Shown here one piece after another: positions 1 through 10,543 of a DNA stretch of 64,000 bases (positions within the stretch are counted from its first letter, which is position 1; each line of letters begins with the position of its first letter). The position numbers were made by a program, and so were the translations under genes. The DNA is from Deltaproteobacteria bacterium (GTDB taxonomy: Bacteria > Myxococcota > Kuafuiibacteriia > Kuafuiibacteriales > Kuafuiibacteriaceae), in assembly GCA_040218735.1 (NCBI GenBank), contig JAVJQW010000023.1, positions 288,001 to 352,000 of the forward strand, given 5' to 3'. Under the pieces are notes generated by a model. It saw nothing but the letters and a program-made list of their open reading frames with translations, searched no databases and was not told the DNA's origin.

Positions 1-230
1 CGGAGATCGCGCTCGTGCACCTCGGCGCGGGCGTCGACGTGATCGGCTATCACCTCGAAGACGTGGACGGGTCGACGGTCTCCGCGATCCTCGAAGCCTG
101 GCCGCGCGACGGCTTCAAGGACGAGATACTGGGGCTCCTCGGACGAGAGGCGAAGAAGACACCGAGCTCGCCCCTCGGTGTGCAGTGGCGACTCGGCTTC
201 GCGAAGCGGGTGCGCGCGACGCCGTTCTGA
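1..230 (+). CDS. C-terminal fragment of a probable HD-domain protein (5'-truncated by window)
   Basis: EIALVHLGAGVDVIG...WPRDGFK resembles the C-terminus of cyanamide-hydratase-like HD proteins; only a fragment is visible. Confidence 0.5.
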   Translation, partial: EIALVHLGAGVDVIGYHLEDVDGSTVSAILEAWPRDGFKDEILGLLGREAKKTPSSPLGVQWRLGFAKRVRATPF

Positions 231-234
231 CGCG

Positions 235-3200
235 CTACCTCCTGCGCCGGAGCACCATCAACCCGAGCGCGAGCCACCACGCACCGCCGGTTCCCCGCTC
301 GGTGCTGGAACAGCTGCAGCCACCCTCCTCCTCCTTGGGCGGTGCCTCCGTCGCCGCGGCGACCCGGATCGTCGTCTCGGCCGAGGCGCTCAGCTCTCCG
401 TCGTCGACGACCGCCATCAACACGATCGTCGACGCCTCGGCCGCGTTCGGCGCCACGAACAAGATCCCGTCGTTCGGGATCCGCTCCAGCTCCACCGACG
501 GCCCGGACACCTGAGACCAGGTCACCGTGAGCACGTCGTCGTCCGGATCCGCGACCGTCGGCTCCACGCGCACCGTCGCGCCTGCGTCGACCTCCTGGTC
601 CGGCGGCAGCGTGATCGTCGGCGCCATGTTCGGCGGCAGCACGGTGATCCGCACCTGATCCGAAGTCGTGAACTCACGCTCCGTCGCCGTCAGCTCGAGC
701 GTGAGATCGATCGGCTCACCCTCGCTCGTCGGCGCCGTGAACGAAGGCGTCAACGTATCCGCGCCGGTCAACGTCACCACCGGGCCGTCGACCTGCGTCC
801 ACTCCAGCGTGAAGTCATCTCCGTTGGGGTCCGTCGCAAACGCGATCAGCGTGACCTCTTCCCCGGACGCCACGTCGCGATCGTCCCCGGCGTTCACGTC
901 CACGCCCAAGTTCGAGTTCAGGATCGTGACCGTGACCGACGCCGTGTCCGCCGCCGTGTCGTCGAGGACCGTCAGCTGGAATGTCACGACGGTGTCCTCC
1001 TCGACCAGCGGCGCGTCGAAGGTGCCGACCTGCGACAACGTCACCGACGGCCCGTCGACCTGCGCCCACAGGAACCGAAGCATGTCGCCGTCGACGTCCG
1101 TCGTGCCGGACGCGTCGAGCGGCACGGCGTCCGTCCCTTCGTCCACCGTGAAGTCCATCCCCGCGTCCGCGACGGGCGGGCGGTTGATGCACACGCCGTC
1201 GTCGGTCACGAGCGTCGGGAACGGCGTCCCGTCGATCCCGTCGAACGTGATGTCGTCGATCTCCCAACCCGCCCCGCCGAGCCGAGTGTCGGACCCCACG
1301 CGGAAGCGCACCTGGACGGTCTGCCCCTGGTACGCCGTCCCGAGATCCACCACGACGCGATCGAGCCCCGGGTAGCTCGCGTTGTTGCCGTGCCAAGCGT
1401 CCCGCCCCTGGAGTGGGTTCGGCGTGTCGTCACGGAGCACGCCGTCGTACGGCGGCGAAGCCATCGCACCGACGTCGACCCACGACATGCCGCCGTCGTC
1501 CGACACCTCGATCACCGCGCCGTCCCACGTCTCCTCGAGGTCGTAGCGATGATCGAACGACACCACGAAGCTCCCGGTCGACGACACCACCACCGGCACC
1601 GACGTCAGATACAGATCCGCCGGCGCACCCACGTTCGGGCAGTACCAGCGATGCGAAGACGCCGTCACGGCGATCCGCTCGCAGCGCTGCGAAGTCTCCA
1701 GCGTGTTGTCGAGCGTCGCGGTCCACGGCGACGACGGGGACTCCACGTCATCCGTCGCGCTCGTCTGCGCCACCACGTCCCAGTTCACGCGGAACACCGC
1801 GGAGCCACCGACCGTCGAGGTCGGGACCAACGTCGGATCCTCGATCACCACGTCGAACGGGATCTCGTGCACGTCGGCGGAACCCATCAGCGCCACGTCG
1901 AGCTCCACCTCCGCCACGTCGAACGGCGCGAACGACGGCAGCGTCACGACATTGCCCGCCGGGAACGACACGCGACCGTCCGGGCTCGTCACCGTCGCGA
2001 TCGCCGTGGTCAGCCCGGTGACGCCGACGTTCTTCACGAACAGCCGCAGGCGCCCCACCTCCCCGGCGTCGAGCACGCCGTCGCGATCGCAGTACGTCGC
2101 TTCGTCGTTCAGGCTCGCGTCCGAGAGCTCCACCGCGTTGCCGACCACGAAGCTCTCCACCACCGGCGCGTTGTCCGTCGCCGCGCGGTCCGGCGCGACG
2201 GCGCCGAGCCCGGCCCCGCGACGCGCAAACGCGCGGTACAGCGACTCGAAGTCCACCGGATCGTTCGCGTACGCCGCCGCCAACACGCCGTCGCGCGCCT
2301 CGACGAACGTGGGGTTCGCGGGCGTCATCTTGAGGCCGCCGACGAGGTACCGCGTCATGCGATCTCGCGCTTGATCGAACGTCAGCCGCGAATCACGCAG
2401 CAGCGCGACGTAACACTCCCACAACATCGTCGACCAGACCTCGCCCGTGCGGTGCACGGCGGCGTTCGAGGCGCCGTCCAAACCAAAGTACGTCGGCACG
2501 CCGGGCGGCAGCGCGACACCCTCGGCGATCATGCCGAACGTCAGCGCGTTCTTCGCGAAGTCGACCGAGTACGGCACCCGCCGGATCCCGTAGTACGGGT
2601 GTTTGTACGAGCTGTTCACGCCGACGCCGAACGTGCCCTGCCAATCGTTGTTCACCGCGATCTGCGTGTCCGCCTCGGACGCGGTCATCAGCAGGCTGAC
2701 GAAGTCACTCCACCCCTCGCCCATCCCGCGCGCCTGGTTCGCGGACAGCCCGGACGCGTTCGAGATGAGTCGGTTCGACAGGTAGTGCCCCCACTCGTGT
2801 GACACGACGACGCCGTCGAGGCCGGAGTCCTTGTCCGGTCGCTCGACCTGCGCGAGCGTCACCGTCACCGCCTCGCCATTCGCGATCGCCGCGCGGATCA
2901 CATCGCCGCGCTGCTCGGTCACGGAGACCATCGGCACCGGCGTGCTCGCACCGGACTGGTTCATGTCCGGCGGCACCCACCCGAAGCGGTTGTCCGTCAG
3001 GAGCAGCCCGATCGCACCCGCCGCCTCGGCGTTCTCCGCCTTCGTCCCGAAGTTGCAGTTGCCGCGCGCGACGAGCGCGATGTTCCCCGCCACCGTGCTC
3101 GAGTTCACGTACGGCGAGCAGCCGTCGGTGACGGTGTCCGTACCGTCGTCGACGACCACCAGCGTCCCCGTCACGGAGAAGCTCCGCGGGTCGGTGAACC

Positions 3201-4650
3201 GCGAGTTGCCGGCGACGAAGAGCCCCGAGAGGTTGGCGGGGGACGCGATGTCGATCGTGGCGTTCGGCCGCGCGTCCCAGATGTACATCTGCATCCGGGG
3301 GCGTGCGCCGTCCGCGCGCGTCGACATGTTGGCGTTGCTGCGCCCGCTGTAGTCCTGCACCTCGGCGCGGATGTTGTCGTCGTCCTGACCGCCGCGACCG
3401 TAGTTGTCCGTCTGTGCGTTGCCCGCCGCCTCGTCGAAGCCGCGGTCGTAGAACCAGTCGTGCAGGTAGTTGTTCATGTAGAACAGCTGCACGATCGCGG
3501 CGCGCTGCGAGAGCTCCGGCGCGGCGGCGATGTCGTGGTCGTAGTCGAACGTCGCGGTCGCGGTGATCGTCGCGCGAAAGTCCGAGCCCGACAGCCCATC
3601 CGGCGACTCGAGATCCGCGTAGGCGTCGACATTGTTGCCGTTCGTCTCGGTGGCGTCGCTCTGAAGCCACGGATCCATCGTGGAGATCGGCCCGTGGTCG
3701 AGCGTCACGAGGCTCGCCTGTCCGACCTGCGTGACGTACGGGACGTAGTCCCCCGTCGGGTGCGGCAACCACGCGTTGCCCTGCGGGCCCTCGTAGAACA
3801 GGTGCGGGAGGTTCGGCTCCGCGTAGACGCGGTACGTGAACGCCGCGTCCTCGGTGAGGTTCTTGCGGAAGAGCACGCGCCCCTCCACCGCGTCGATCAC
3901 GTACGCGTAGACCGCGGAGGTCGGTCCCGCGTCGCGCTGCACCGCGAGCTCGACGTGGTACGCCGCGTACAGCCCGGTCGGCATCGCGTACACGACCGGA
4001 CGCACGCGCAAACGCTCCGGGAAGAGGCGCCCGAACGGCCCCTCGACGTCCGGTCCGCGGTACCACGTCCAATCCCCCCGCGCGGCCCCCTCGGCGAAGT
4101 CACCGGGCGCGAACAGCGCGCCCGACAGATCGAGCGCCGCCATCGCGACGGCGGCCTCCGGCGTCAGCTCGCGCCCCGTCGTGTACGCCGCCTCGCGGAG
4201 CGCCTCCGACGGCAGGTAGCCGGAGATCGCGACGAGCTCGTTCGCCTGCGTCATCACGACGTGCAGCTCGTCTCGAAACAGCGGCACGTCCGCGACGCGC
4301 GCGCCGAACGTCACGACGACCGCGCCCTCGCCGGTGTCGTGCACCTCGTCGAGCACGAGCCGATCCGCCGCGGCCGCGTCCGTCCGATAGAGCGCGGCGT
4401 ACGCGGCGAAGTGCTGTCGCGCGGCGAGCTCACGCGACGCGCCGTCGGCGCGCTGCCCGCGCTCCGCCCAAAAGAAGGACGGCACGCCGAGCCGGGGCTC
4501 GTGCGCGGTGACCTGCCCACGAGTCGCGCGAGTCAGCGCATCGCCGGCGAGCGTCGCACCGAGCTCGGCCCGGTGGTCACTTCGGAGGAATTCGTCATGA
4601 TTCGGCGGGAGTGTGCCGAGCCCCGAGAGGAGGACGAGCGTGGTGATCAA
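235..4650 (-). CDS. M36 (fungalysin) family metallopeptidase with PA domain, Ig/PKD-like repeats and MYXO-CTERM-like tail
   Basis: GNNVDAY, GFDEAAGNAQ, HEWGH zinc motif, GMGEGWSD, HRTGEVW; PA domain (ALVARGNCNF..KA.NA..AGA); NRPPVADAG repeats; C-terminal GGCSCS + TM + RRRR. Confidence 0.93.
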   Translation of the reverse strand: MITTLVLLSGLGTLPPNHDEFLRSDHRAELGATLAGDALTRATRGQVTAHEPRLGVPSFFWAERGQRADGASRELAARQHFAAYAALYRTDAAAADRLVLDEVHDTGEGAVVVTFGARVADVPLFRDELHVVMTQANELVAISGYLPSEALREAAYTTGRELTPEAAVAMAALDLSGALFAPGDFAEGAARGDWTWYRGPDVEGPFGRLFPERLRVRPVVYAMPTGLYAAYHVELAVQRDAGPTSAVYAYVIDAVEGRVLFRKNLTEDAAFTYRVYAEPNLPHLFYEGPQGNAWLPHPTGDYVPYVTQVGQASLVTLDHGPISTMDPWLQSDATETNGNNVDAYADLESPDGLSGSDFRATITATATFDYDHDIAAAPELSQRAAIVQLFYMNNYLHDWFYDRGFDEAAGNAQTDNYGRGGQDDDNIRAEVQDYSGRSNANMSTRADGARPRMQMYIWDARPNATIDIASPANLSGLFVAGNSRFTDPRSFSVTGTLVVVDDGTDTVTDGCSPYVNSSTVAGNIALVARGNCNFGTKAENAEAAGAIGLLLTDNRFGWVPPDMNQSGASTPVPMVSVTEQRGDVIRAAIANGEAVTVTLAQVERPDKDSGLDGVVVSHEWGHYLSNRLISNASGLSANQARGMGEGWSDFVSLLMTASEADTQIAVNNDWQGTFGVGVNSSYKHPYYGIRRVPYSVDFAKNALTFGMIAEGVALPPGVPTYFGLDGASNAAVHRTGEVWSTMLWECYVALLRDSRLTFDQARDRMTRYLVGGLKMTPANPTFVEARDGVLAAAYANDPVDFESLYRAFARRGAGLGAVAPDRAATDNAPVVESFVVGNAVELSDASLNDEATYCDRDGVLDAGEVGRLRLFVKNVGVTGLTTAIATVTSPDGRVSFPAGNVVTLPSFAPFDVAEVELDVALMGSADVHEIPFDVVIEDPTLVPTSTVGGSAVFRVNWDVVAQTSATDDVESPSSPWTATLDNTLETSQRCERIAVTASSHRWYCPNVGAPADLYLTSVPVVVSSTGSFVVSFDHRYDLEETWDGAVIEVSDDGGMSWVDVGAMASPPYDGVLRDDTPNPLQGRDAWHGNNASYPGLDRVVVDLGTAYQGQTVQVRFRVGSDTRLGGAGWEIDDITFDGIDGTPFPTLVTDDGVCINRPPVADAGMDFTVDEGTDAVPLDASGTTDVDGDMLRFLWAQVDGPSVTLSQVGTFDAPLVEEDTVVTFQLTVLDDTAADTASVTVTILNSNLGVDVNAGDDRDVASGEEVTLIAFATDPNGDDFTLEWTQVDGPVVTLTGADTLTPSFTAPTSEGEPIDLTLELTATEREFTTSDQVRITVLPPNMAPTITLPPDQEVDAGATVRVEPTVADPDDDVLTVTWSQVSGPSVELERIPNDGILFVAPNAAEASTIVLMAVVDDGELSASAETTIRVAAATEAPPKEEEGGCSCSSTERGTGGAWWLALGLMVLRRRR

Positions 4651-4810
4651 GACGGCGCCATTCTACCCAATCGGCCCCCCTTCGGAGCGGGCGGCGGGTG
4701 CCGACGGCACGAATTCGCCTGGCGGCGACCGCAGCAGAGGAGCACGCGTTCTAGGAATCGTCAGATCGATTGAATGGACCCGGTGTGTTCGGCGTCGGTA
4801 TGCCCACATC

Positions 4811-5869
4811 ATGCTACGACGACTCCTGCCCCTGATCCTCGTCTCGATCCCCGCCCTCGCCGAGGCGTCGGTCTACGAGACGTTCCTCGAGCGTCTGGAG
4901 GAGAAGACCACCCGCCTCGCGCGCGGCGGCTGGACCTCGCGCGACGTCCAAGACCTCTCGGACGAGGTCGCGGGGCGCCCCGCCGCCGACCCGACCGCGT
5001 ACGTCCGGTTCGTGCGGTTGCTCGCGAACGTCGTGAAGTCGGTAGAGCCCGGAGGGGTGATCTCGCAGGAGATCGAAGTCACGCGGATCGTCGCGTCCGC
5101 GAAACCGGACGGCGCTCGCGGCCGCGCGGAACACGAAGCGTTCCTGCGCGCCTTCACGGATCAGCTCGTGCGTGCCTCCGCCGGCGGGGTCATCTCGAAG
5201 GAGATCGAGCTCGCCGAGATCGTCGCGGGCGTGGCGCCGAACAAGGAAGTCCCGCCGCGCGGGTACGAGGGCGCCTACGCGGCGTGGTCCAGCGGGCTCG
5301 GGCGGGTGGAGAAGGAGCTCGCGCGCGGCGGCCTGATCTCGAGCGAGAAGAAGCTCATGGATCTGTACCGAAGCCTCCAACCCCAACGCGGCGCCGCCCC
5401 GGTCGCGCCGCCGCCGGTCGCCGAGCCCACCCCGTCCTCGGGGCAGGAGCGGTTCTGCGGGAGGTTCTTCGCCGTCCGGGAGCGCATCGAGCGCCAACGA
5501 CGCGGCGTCGTCATCCTCACACGCGAAGGCGACGCGATCGCCATCGACGACTGCAACGAGTGGTGGCTCGCGGGCGGCATCACCTCGATGACACGCCTCG
5601 GCCGTCAACTCGTCTTGCTTGGCCGCGACGGCGTCGCGCTCCTCGTGGACAAGGACCACGGCGTGCACCGCCTCGCGCGTGATGTCAGACGGGTGGAGTC
5701 GGACGGTCGTCGCTCCGCGCGGCTCGTGCGTCGCGAGGACAGGTCCCAGACCGTCGAAGTCGCGCGCGAGCCGGCGGGCGGCAACCACTTCGCGGTGAAC
5801 ATCGGCGGGCGACGCAAGCTCCTCCCCCGCCTCTACGAATCGACGCGCCGCAAGATCCGCGGGCGCTGA
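4811..5869 (+). CDS. secreted hypothetical protein with internal GG(V/L/W)xS repeats
   Basis: Signal peptide MLRRLLPLILVSIPALA; four ARGG/GGVIS-type repeats; Pro-rich linker. Confidence 0.7.
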   Translation: MLRRLLPLILVSIPALAEASVYETFLERLEEKTTRLARGGWTSRDVQDLSDEVAGRPAADPTAYVRFVRLLANVVKSVEPGGVISQEIEVTRIVASAKPDGARGRAEHEAFLRAFTDQLVRASAGGVISKEIELAEIVAGVAPNKEVPPRGYEGAYAAWSSGLGRVEKELARGGLISSEKKLMDLYRSLQPQRGAAPVAPPPVAEPTPSSGQERFCGRFFAVRERIERQRRGVVILTREGDAIAIDDCNEWWLAGGITSMTRLGRQLVLLGRDGVALLVDKDHGVHRLARDVRRVESDGRRSARLVRREDRSQTVEVAREPAGGNHFAVNIGGRRKLLPRLYESTRRKIRGR

Positions 5870-7609
5870 TCAGACTTCACGAAGCTGGTAGAGCTGGCCG
5901 TCGGTGAACCCGAGCGACCGGTAGTACCCACGCGTGCCGATCGCCGAGATCACCGCGACGCGTGCGAACCCCTCCGCCGCAGCGATCACACACGCGCGCT
6001 CCACGAAGCGGCGCCCGAGCCCCGCGTGCTGCGCGGCGCGCTGCGAGCGCTCGCCGATGCCGAGCGCCGCGCCGTACACGTGGACCTCGCGGATGATCGC
6101 CGCGCCCTGCAGCTCGTCGACGGCAGCTTCCGTCGCCTTCGGGAGGGACAGGCGGAGGAAGCCGACGATCCGGTCCTCCTCGGTGACGGCCTCCAGGAAC
6201 ACCTCTTCGCTCACCGCGGCGTCGTAGCGTGTCTCGCGGTCCGTCAACTCACCTTGCACGGGCCGACCGCGGATCTCTCGGCTCCTGATGTCAACCTGGG
6301 TTGCGCCCTTCGCCCGCAGTCGAGCCTCGGCGACCTCGCGCAGGTTGGAGGTCTTGTTACCGACCACGATGTCGTGGGACGGGATGTCGCGAATGACCCG
6401 CGTGAGCCGGCAGTACCTCGGGACGCGCACCATGCAGCGTTCGAGCAGGCCGACCAGCGCTTCGTCGTCGTACGGCACCCACGTGCCGTCGCGGTAGCGC
6501 TCCATCAGCTCCGCGGTCTCGATCAGGCTGGTCGGGTAGAGCTTCAACTCGTCGGGTCGGAAGTCCGGGTCGTCGAAGATGCGTACGAAGTCGGCGGCGT
6601 CGCGTTCGACGTCGGAGCCGTAGAGGTTCGGCATCCAGTGCGCGTGAATCTTGAACCCCACGGAGCGGAGCAGATGCATCGCCCGGCGCGTCGCGGCGAC
6701 GTCGTGGCCGCGCCGGTTGGCGGCGAGCACCGCATCGTCGAGCGCCTGGTAGCCGATCTGCACCTTCGTCGCGCCGAGGCGACGGATGCGTTTCACCTCG
6801 TCGAGGTCGATGTGGTCCGGGCGCGTCTCGAGCACGAGGCCCACACACCGCGACGACGCGGACTCGTTGTCGGCGTGCGCCGCCTCCAGCTCGTCCCAGG
6901 TCGCGGACTCCCAGTCGCCGACCATCGCGCCCTGCGCACCTTCGATGAACCGCGACACCACCCGGTTGTACGTCTCGGCTCGATCCGCTTCGTCGTCCAG
7001 GCGCTCGAAGTCGACGTGCCGCGCGTCGGGCGCCGCGCTGTCGGCGACGAAGTCGTTCATCGCGTCGAAGCACCGCTTGATGAACCAGATCTGATACGGC
7101 TCCGGATAGAACGACCACGTGCCGCCGAGGACGATCAGCTCCACCTTGTCGACGACGTGCCCGTTCACGAAGAACGCGTGCAGACGCGACATCGTCTGCG
7201 CGTACGGATCGAACTTGTTCTGCATCGCGCGCTGCGCGCCGGGCTCCATCGCGAGGTAGCTCTTCGGCATCCGCACGTCGTTCGGACAGAAGATGCAGCG
7301 CCCCGGGCAGGGGAACGGCTTGGTCAGCACCGTCACCGGCGCGACGCCGCTCGCGGTGCGGATCGGCTTCATCCTCAGCTTGCGCGCGAACGGCGCGGCG
7401 TCCCAACCGAGGGCATCGGCGAAGTGCCGCACACCGCGGATGAGCTCGCTCTTGGAGAACATCTCGCGGCCGTTCTTCGGGAAGCGCCCGAGCAGCTTGC
7501 GGAGCGCGCGGTCGTCCACCGCGTCGAGCGCTTCGACCGCCACGTAGATCCCTTCGAGCTCGGCGCGGTGCGCCTCGGGCTCGAAGTCGTATTTATGCGG
7601 ATTCGGCAC
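5870..7609 (-). CDS. elp3: Elp3-family tRNA uridine(34) acetyltransferase (radical SAM + KAT)
   Basis: KPIRTASGVAPV, CPGRCIFCP, KSY, GGTW, ETRPD, LKLYP, RVIRDIP, IRSRE, IREVHVYG, QHAGLG, ISAIGTRGYY. Confidence 0.93.
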   Translation of the reverse strand: MPNPHKYDFEPEAHRAELEGIYVAVEALDAVDDRALRKLLGRFPKNGREMFSKSELIRGVRHFADALGWDAAPFARKLRMKPIRTASGVAPVTVLTKPFPCPGRCIFCPNDVRMPKSYLAMEPGAQRAMQNKFDPYAQTMSRLHAFFVNGHVVDKVELIVLGGTWSFYPEPYQIWFIKRCFDAMNDFVADSAAPDARHVDFERLDDEADRAETYNRVVSRFIEGAQGAMVGDWESATWDELEAAHADNESASSRCVGLVLETRPDHIDLDEVKRIRRLGATKVQIGYQALDDAVLAANRRGHDVAATRRAMHLLRSVGFKIHAHWMPNLYGSDVERDAADFVRIFDDPDFRPDELKLYPTSLIETAELMERYRDGTWVPYDDEALVGLLERCMVRVPRYCRLTRVIRDIPSHDIVVGNKTSNLREVAEARLRAKGATQVDIRSREIRGRPVQGELTDRETRYDAAVSEEVFLEAVTEEDRIVGFLRLSLPKATEAAVDELQGAAIIREVHVYGAALGIGERSQRAAQHAGLGRRFVERACVIAAAEGFARVAVISAIGTRGYYRSLGFTDGQLYQLREV

Positions 7610-7689
7610 GCGACGACGTTCTCGATCGAGGGCACGCGCGAGCGCAAGGCCTCTGCTAGACTCCGCGCCGCTCGCACGAGCGTCGTCCC

Positions 7690-8874
7690 ATGTCGAAGAA
7701 GACCGTCCTGAACGCCGCGTTGCTGATCGGCAGCATGGCCATCGCGTTCGCCGTCGCGGAGGCCGGCCTGCGCGGCTACCGCAAGATGCAGCACCGCTAC
7801 TCCGCCGAGAACGCGCAGAAGCGCGCGCACGGCTGGATCCGCGAGAAGAGTCAGGACGCCTTCGACCGCGAAGGTGAGTTCTACGGGCGCTGGGACGAGT
7901 TCGCGAAGATGCGCTACAGCGCGTACCTCGGCTACTGGCCGGCGAGCGGCGTCACCGGCAACGGCTACGTCACGAACGCGCAGGGCTTCCGCAACGTCGA
8001 CGACGTGGCCCGCGAGAAAGCCGACGGCGAGCTGCGGGTCTTCGTCACCGGCGGCTCCACCGCGTGGGCGGCGGGGGTTCGGCAAGAGGACACCTACGCC
8101 GTCGCCCTGGAGGGGATGCTCCGCGAACGCCTCGGCAACCCGAACGTTCACGTGTTCAACGCGGGCGTCGGCGCGTACCTGTCCACGCACGAGCGCATCG
8201 TCGTCACGAACAAGATCGCGCGCCTCGAGCCCGACGCCGTCGTGCACCTGTCGGGGTGGAACGATCCCTACGCCGGCTACCGCGGCTACTCGGTGATGGA
8301 CGACCGCTGGGACTACACGAGCTCGGCCGCGGTCCTCGGCACCTACCACCGGCTCTTCGTCTACGACGCCGACAGCGCGAGGATGATGGACCCGGGGCCG
8401 CCGAAGCCGCACGAACACGGCCTCGCCACGTTCTACTACCTGGATCAGATCTACTACGCGAAGCGCCTCGAGGCGGCGCGCCGACCGCACCAGGCCGTGG
8501 TCGACGACTTCGTCGAGAACCTGAGGCTCGCGAAGGCTGCGGTCGCGGACGACGTCCCCTACGTCCTCGCGCTGCAACCCACCCTCTACGCGACGGAGAA
8601 GAAACTCACCGAGTGGGAGCAGCTCCTGGTCACGAAGAACGAGGCCGCGACGCCCGCCTACGGTCAGTACAACGCGCGGGTCTACGCGCTGTACCGCGCG
8701 CAGCTCCCCGACGCGATGACCGCGTTGGGCATCACGTACACGGACACGGACGGCGCGATCGCCCCCGAGCCCCGGTCGGTGTTCACCGATCACGTCCACT
8801 TCGGCGACCGTGGCAATCGCCTGCTTGCGGAGCGCCTCGCCCAGGTCCTGGAGCCCGTCCTGAAGGCCCGGTGA
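7690..8874 (+). CDS. SGNH/GDSL hydrolase family membrane-anchored protein
   Basis: N-terminal TM; NAQGFR, GGSTAW, NAGVG, GWND, FTDHVHF motifs. Confidence 0.8.
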   Translation: MSKKTVLNAALLIGSMAIAFAVAEAGLRGYRKMQHRYSAENAQKRAHGWIREKSQDAFDREGEFYGRWDEFAKMRYSAYLGYWPASGVTGNGYVTNAQGFRNVDDVAREKADGELRVFVTGGSTAWAAGVRQEDTYAVALEGMLRERLGNPNVHVFNAGVGAYLSTHERIVVTNKIARLEPDAVVHLSGWNDPYAGYRGYSVMDDRWDYTSSAAVLGTYHRLFVYDADSARMMDPGPPKPHEHGLATFYYLDQIYYAKRLEAARRPHQAVVDDFVENLRLAKAAVADDVPYVLALQPTLYATEKKLTEWEQLLVTKNEAATPAYGQYNARVYALYRAQLPDAMTALGITYTDTDGAIAPEPRSVFTDHVHFGDRGNRLLAERLAQVLEPVLKAR

Positions 8875-8908
8875 CGAACGCTTGCCTCACCGCTCGGGGT
8901 GCAAGAAG

Positions 8909-10069
8909 ATGCGCGCCGTCCCGGGTCTGGCCTTGCGCATCCGTCACCAAATCACCGCGATCGCGAGCGTTTTCGTCCTGTTGGTGGCCGGTGAGCTGCA
9001 CGCGGAGAACCGCGTCGCGTCGAACCTGAGCCTGTACACGGACGACGACGCCACGGACGTCGTCACCAGCGTCACGCGCATCAGCGCGGACCCGTGGGAA
9101 GGCGGCACGATCGAGGCGAGCTACCTGATCGACATCATCTCCAGCGCGTCGGTCGATCTCGTCAGCAGCGCGACGGGGCGCTTCGACGAGAACCGCCACG
9201 CGCTCGGCGGCGCCGTCACCCACGCGCTCGACGGCAAGAGCTTCAACCTCAACTACGGGTACAGCCAGGAGAACGACTACGTCGGGCACGGCATCGGCGC
9301 GGGTGCGAACTTCGAGCTCGCGGAGCGGAACGCGACGCTCGGCGTTTCGTATGCGCTGGAGCTGTCGCAGATCGGGCGCGCCGACGACCCGACGTTCGAG
9401 GAAGGCCTCACCACCCACGCCATCGATGTGAATGGATCGCAGATCCTCACGCCGTGGCTCGTGGTCAACGGCGGCTACGCGCTGGCGCTGCAGAACGGGT
9501 ACCTGGCGAAGCCGTACCGGTACGCGCGCCTCGGCAACAACGGCATCGTTACGCAACCGGGTGCGTCGGGTTCGCTCCAGACGGAGCGGCTCTTCACGCC
9601 CGAGTCCGGCGTCCCCGAAACGCACCCGGACTTCCGCATGCGGAACGCGCTCTACGCGGGGATCAAGGCACACCTCGTGCGGGAGACGGCGGCGGAGCTG
9701 CGCTATCGCTTCTACGTCGACAACTGGGCGCTCTCCGGCCACACGATCGAAGCGCTCGGACACCTGGGCTGGAACAAGAACTTCGGCGCGCGTTTGCGGT
9801 ACCGCTTCTACGCGCAGGGCGCCGCGTCGTTCTACCAGTTCGACTACGCGACGCCGCAGCGTTACATGACGCGCGACCGTGAGCTGTCGCCGCTGACCTC
9901 GCACCTCGTGGGCCTCAAGTTGTTTGCGCGCGTCGAGGACCTCGGGTTCCTGTCGGCGCTCGGGATCACCGCGAAGGCCGACCTCTTTCGCTACGACTAC
10001 TCCGACTTCCCGCTCCTGCCGACGCGGCAAGGCTTCGTCCTCGAGACCGGGGTGGAGGCGGTCTTTTGA
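8909..10069 (+). CDS. DUF3570-family outer-membrane beta-barrel protein
   Basis: DIISSASVDLVSSAT, YSQENDY, GYLAKPY, ETHPDFR, YRFYVDNW, RYRFYAQ.AASFY, TRDRELS; ends in F; start codon uncertain. Confidence 0.85.
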   Translation: MRAVPGLALRIRHQITAIASVFVLLVAGELHAENRVASNLSLYTDDDATDVVTSVTRISADPWEGGTIEASYLIDIISSASVDLVSSATGRFDENRHALGGAVTHALDGKSFNLNYGYSQENDYVGHGIGAGANFELAERNATLGVSYALELSQIGRADDPTFEEGLTTHAIDVNGSQILTPWLVVNGGYALALQNGYLAKPYRYARLGNNGIVTQPGASGSLQTERLFTPESGVPETHPDFRMRNALYAGIKAHLVRETAAELRYRFYVDNWALSGHTIEALGHLGWNKNFGARLRYRFYAQGAASFYQFDYATPQRYMTRDRELSPLTSHLVGLKLFARVEDLGFLSALGITAKADLFRYDYSDFPLLPTRQGFVLETGVEAVF

Positions 10070-10542
10070 AGCGAATCTTCCCGCTGCTGCTCCTCGCGGC
10101 CTCGTGTATCGAGAACGAACCCGTCACGCTCGGTGACGTGAACTTCGATACGTATCGGTGCCAGGTGCAGCCGATCATCGACGCCAAGTGCTCGATGCTC
10201 GCGTGCCACGGCGACGTCCGGCGCCCGTTTCACTCGTTCACGCGTAACCGGATGCGGCTCGAGGGGAGTGACATCCAGCGCGACCTCCCGCTCACCCAGC
10301 GCGAGCTGGATCTGAACTACGCGAGCGCGCTCGGCTTCGTGACGGACGATCCGGACGTGTCCTGGCTGCTCCTCAAGCCGCTCGACTCCGACGCGGGCGG
10401 CTACTACCACCGCGGCAAGGAGATCTTCGGCGGCCCCGACGTCTTCAGCGACACCGAGGACCCGGACTACCAGATCATGCGCAACTGGCTCGCGGGCGCC
10501 GAAGAAGACCCCGCGTGTGTGTACCCGGGGACGGAGGGCTGA
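10066..10542 (+). CDS. lipoprotein with atypical CxxxxCH heme-like motif
   Basis: Lipobox LAASC; VQPIIDAKCSMLACH; LLLKPL...HRG; DPDYQIMRNWL. Confidence 0.75.
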   Translation: MKRIFPLLLLAASCIENEPVTLGDVNFDTYRCQVQPIIDAKCSMLACHGDVRRPFHSFTRNRMRLEGSDIQRDLPLTQRELDLNYASALGFVTDDPDVSWLLLKPLDSDAGGYYHRGKEIFGGPDVFSDTEDPDYQIMRNWLAGAEEDPACVYPGTEG

Positions 10543-10543
10543 C

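Noticed and set aside
178-2802. 874-aa plus-strand ORF and many similar long Arg-rich ORFs
   Set aside because: Antisense or off-frame shadows of well-supported genes, expected at this GC content; no motifs.
4789-4803. Possible sigma54 promoter upstream of 4811
   Set aside because: GG-to-GC spacing is 9 nt rather than the required 10.
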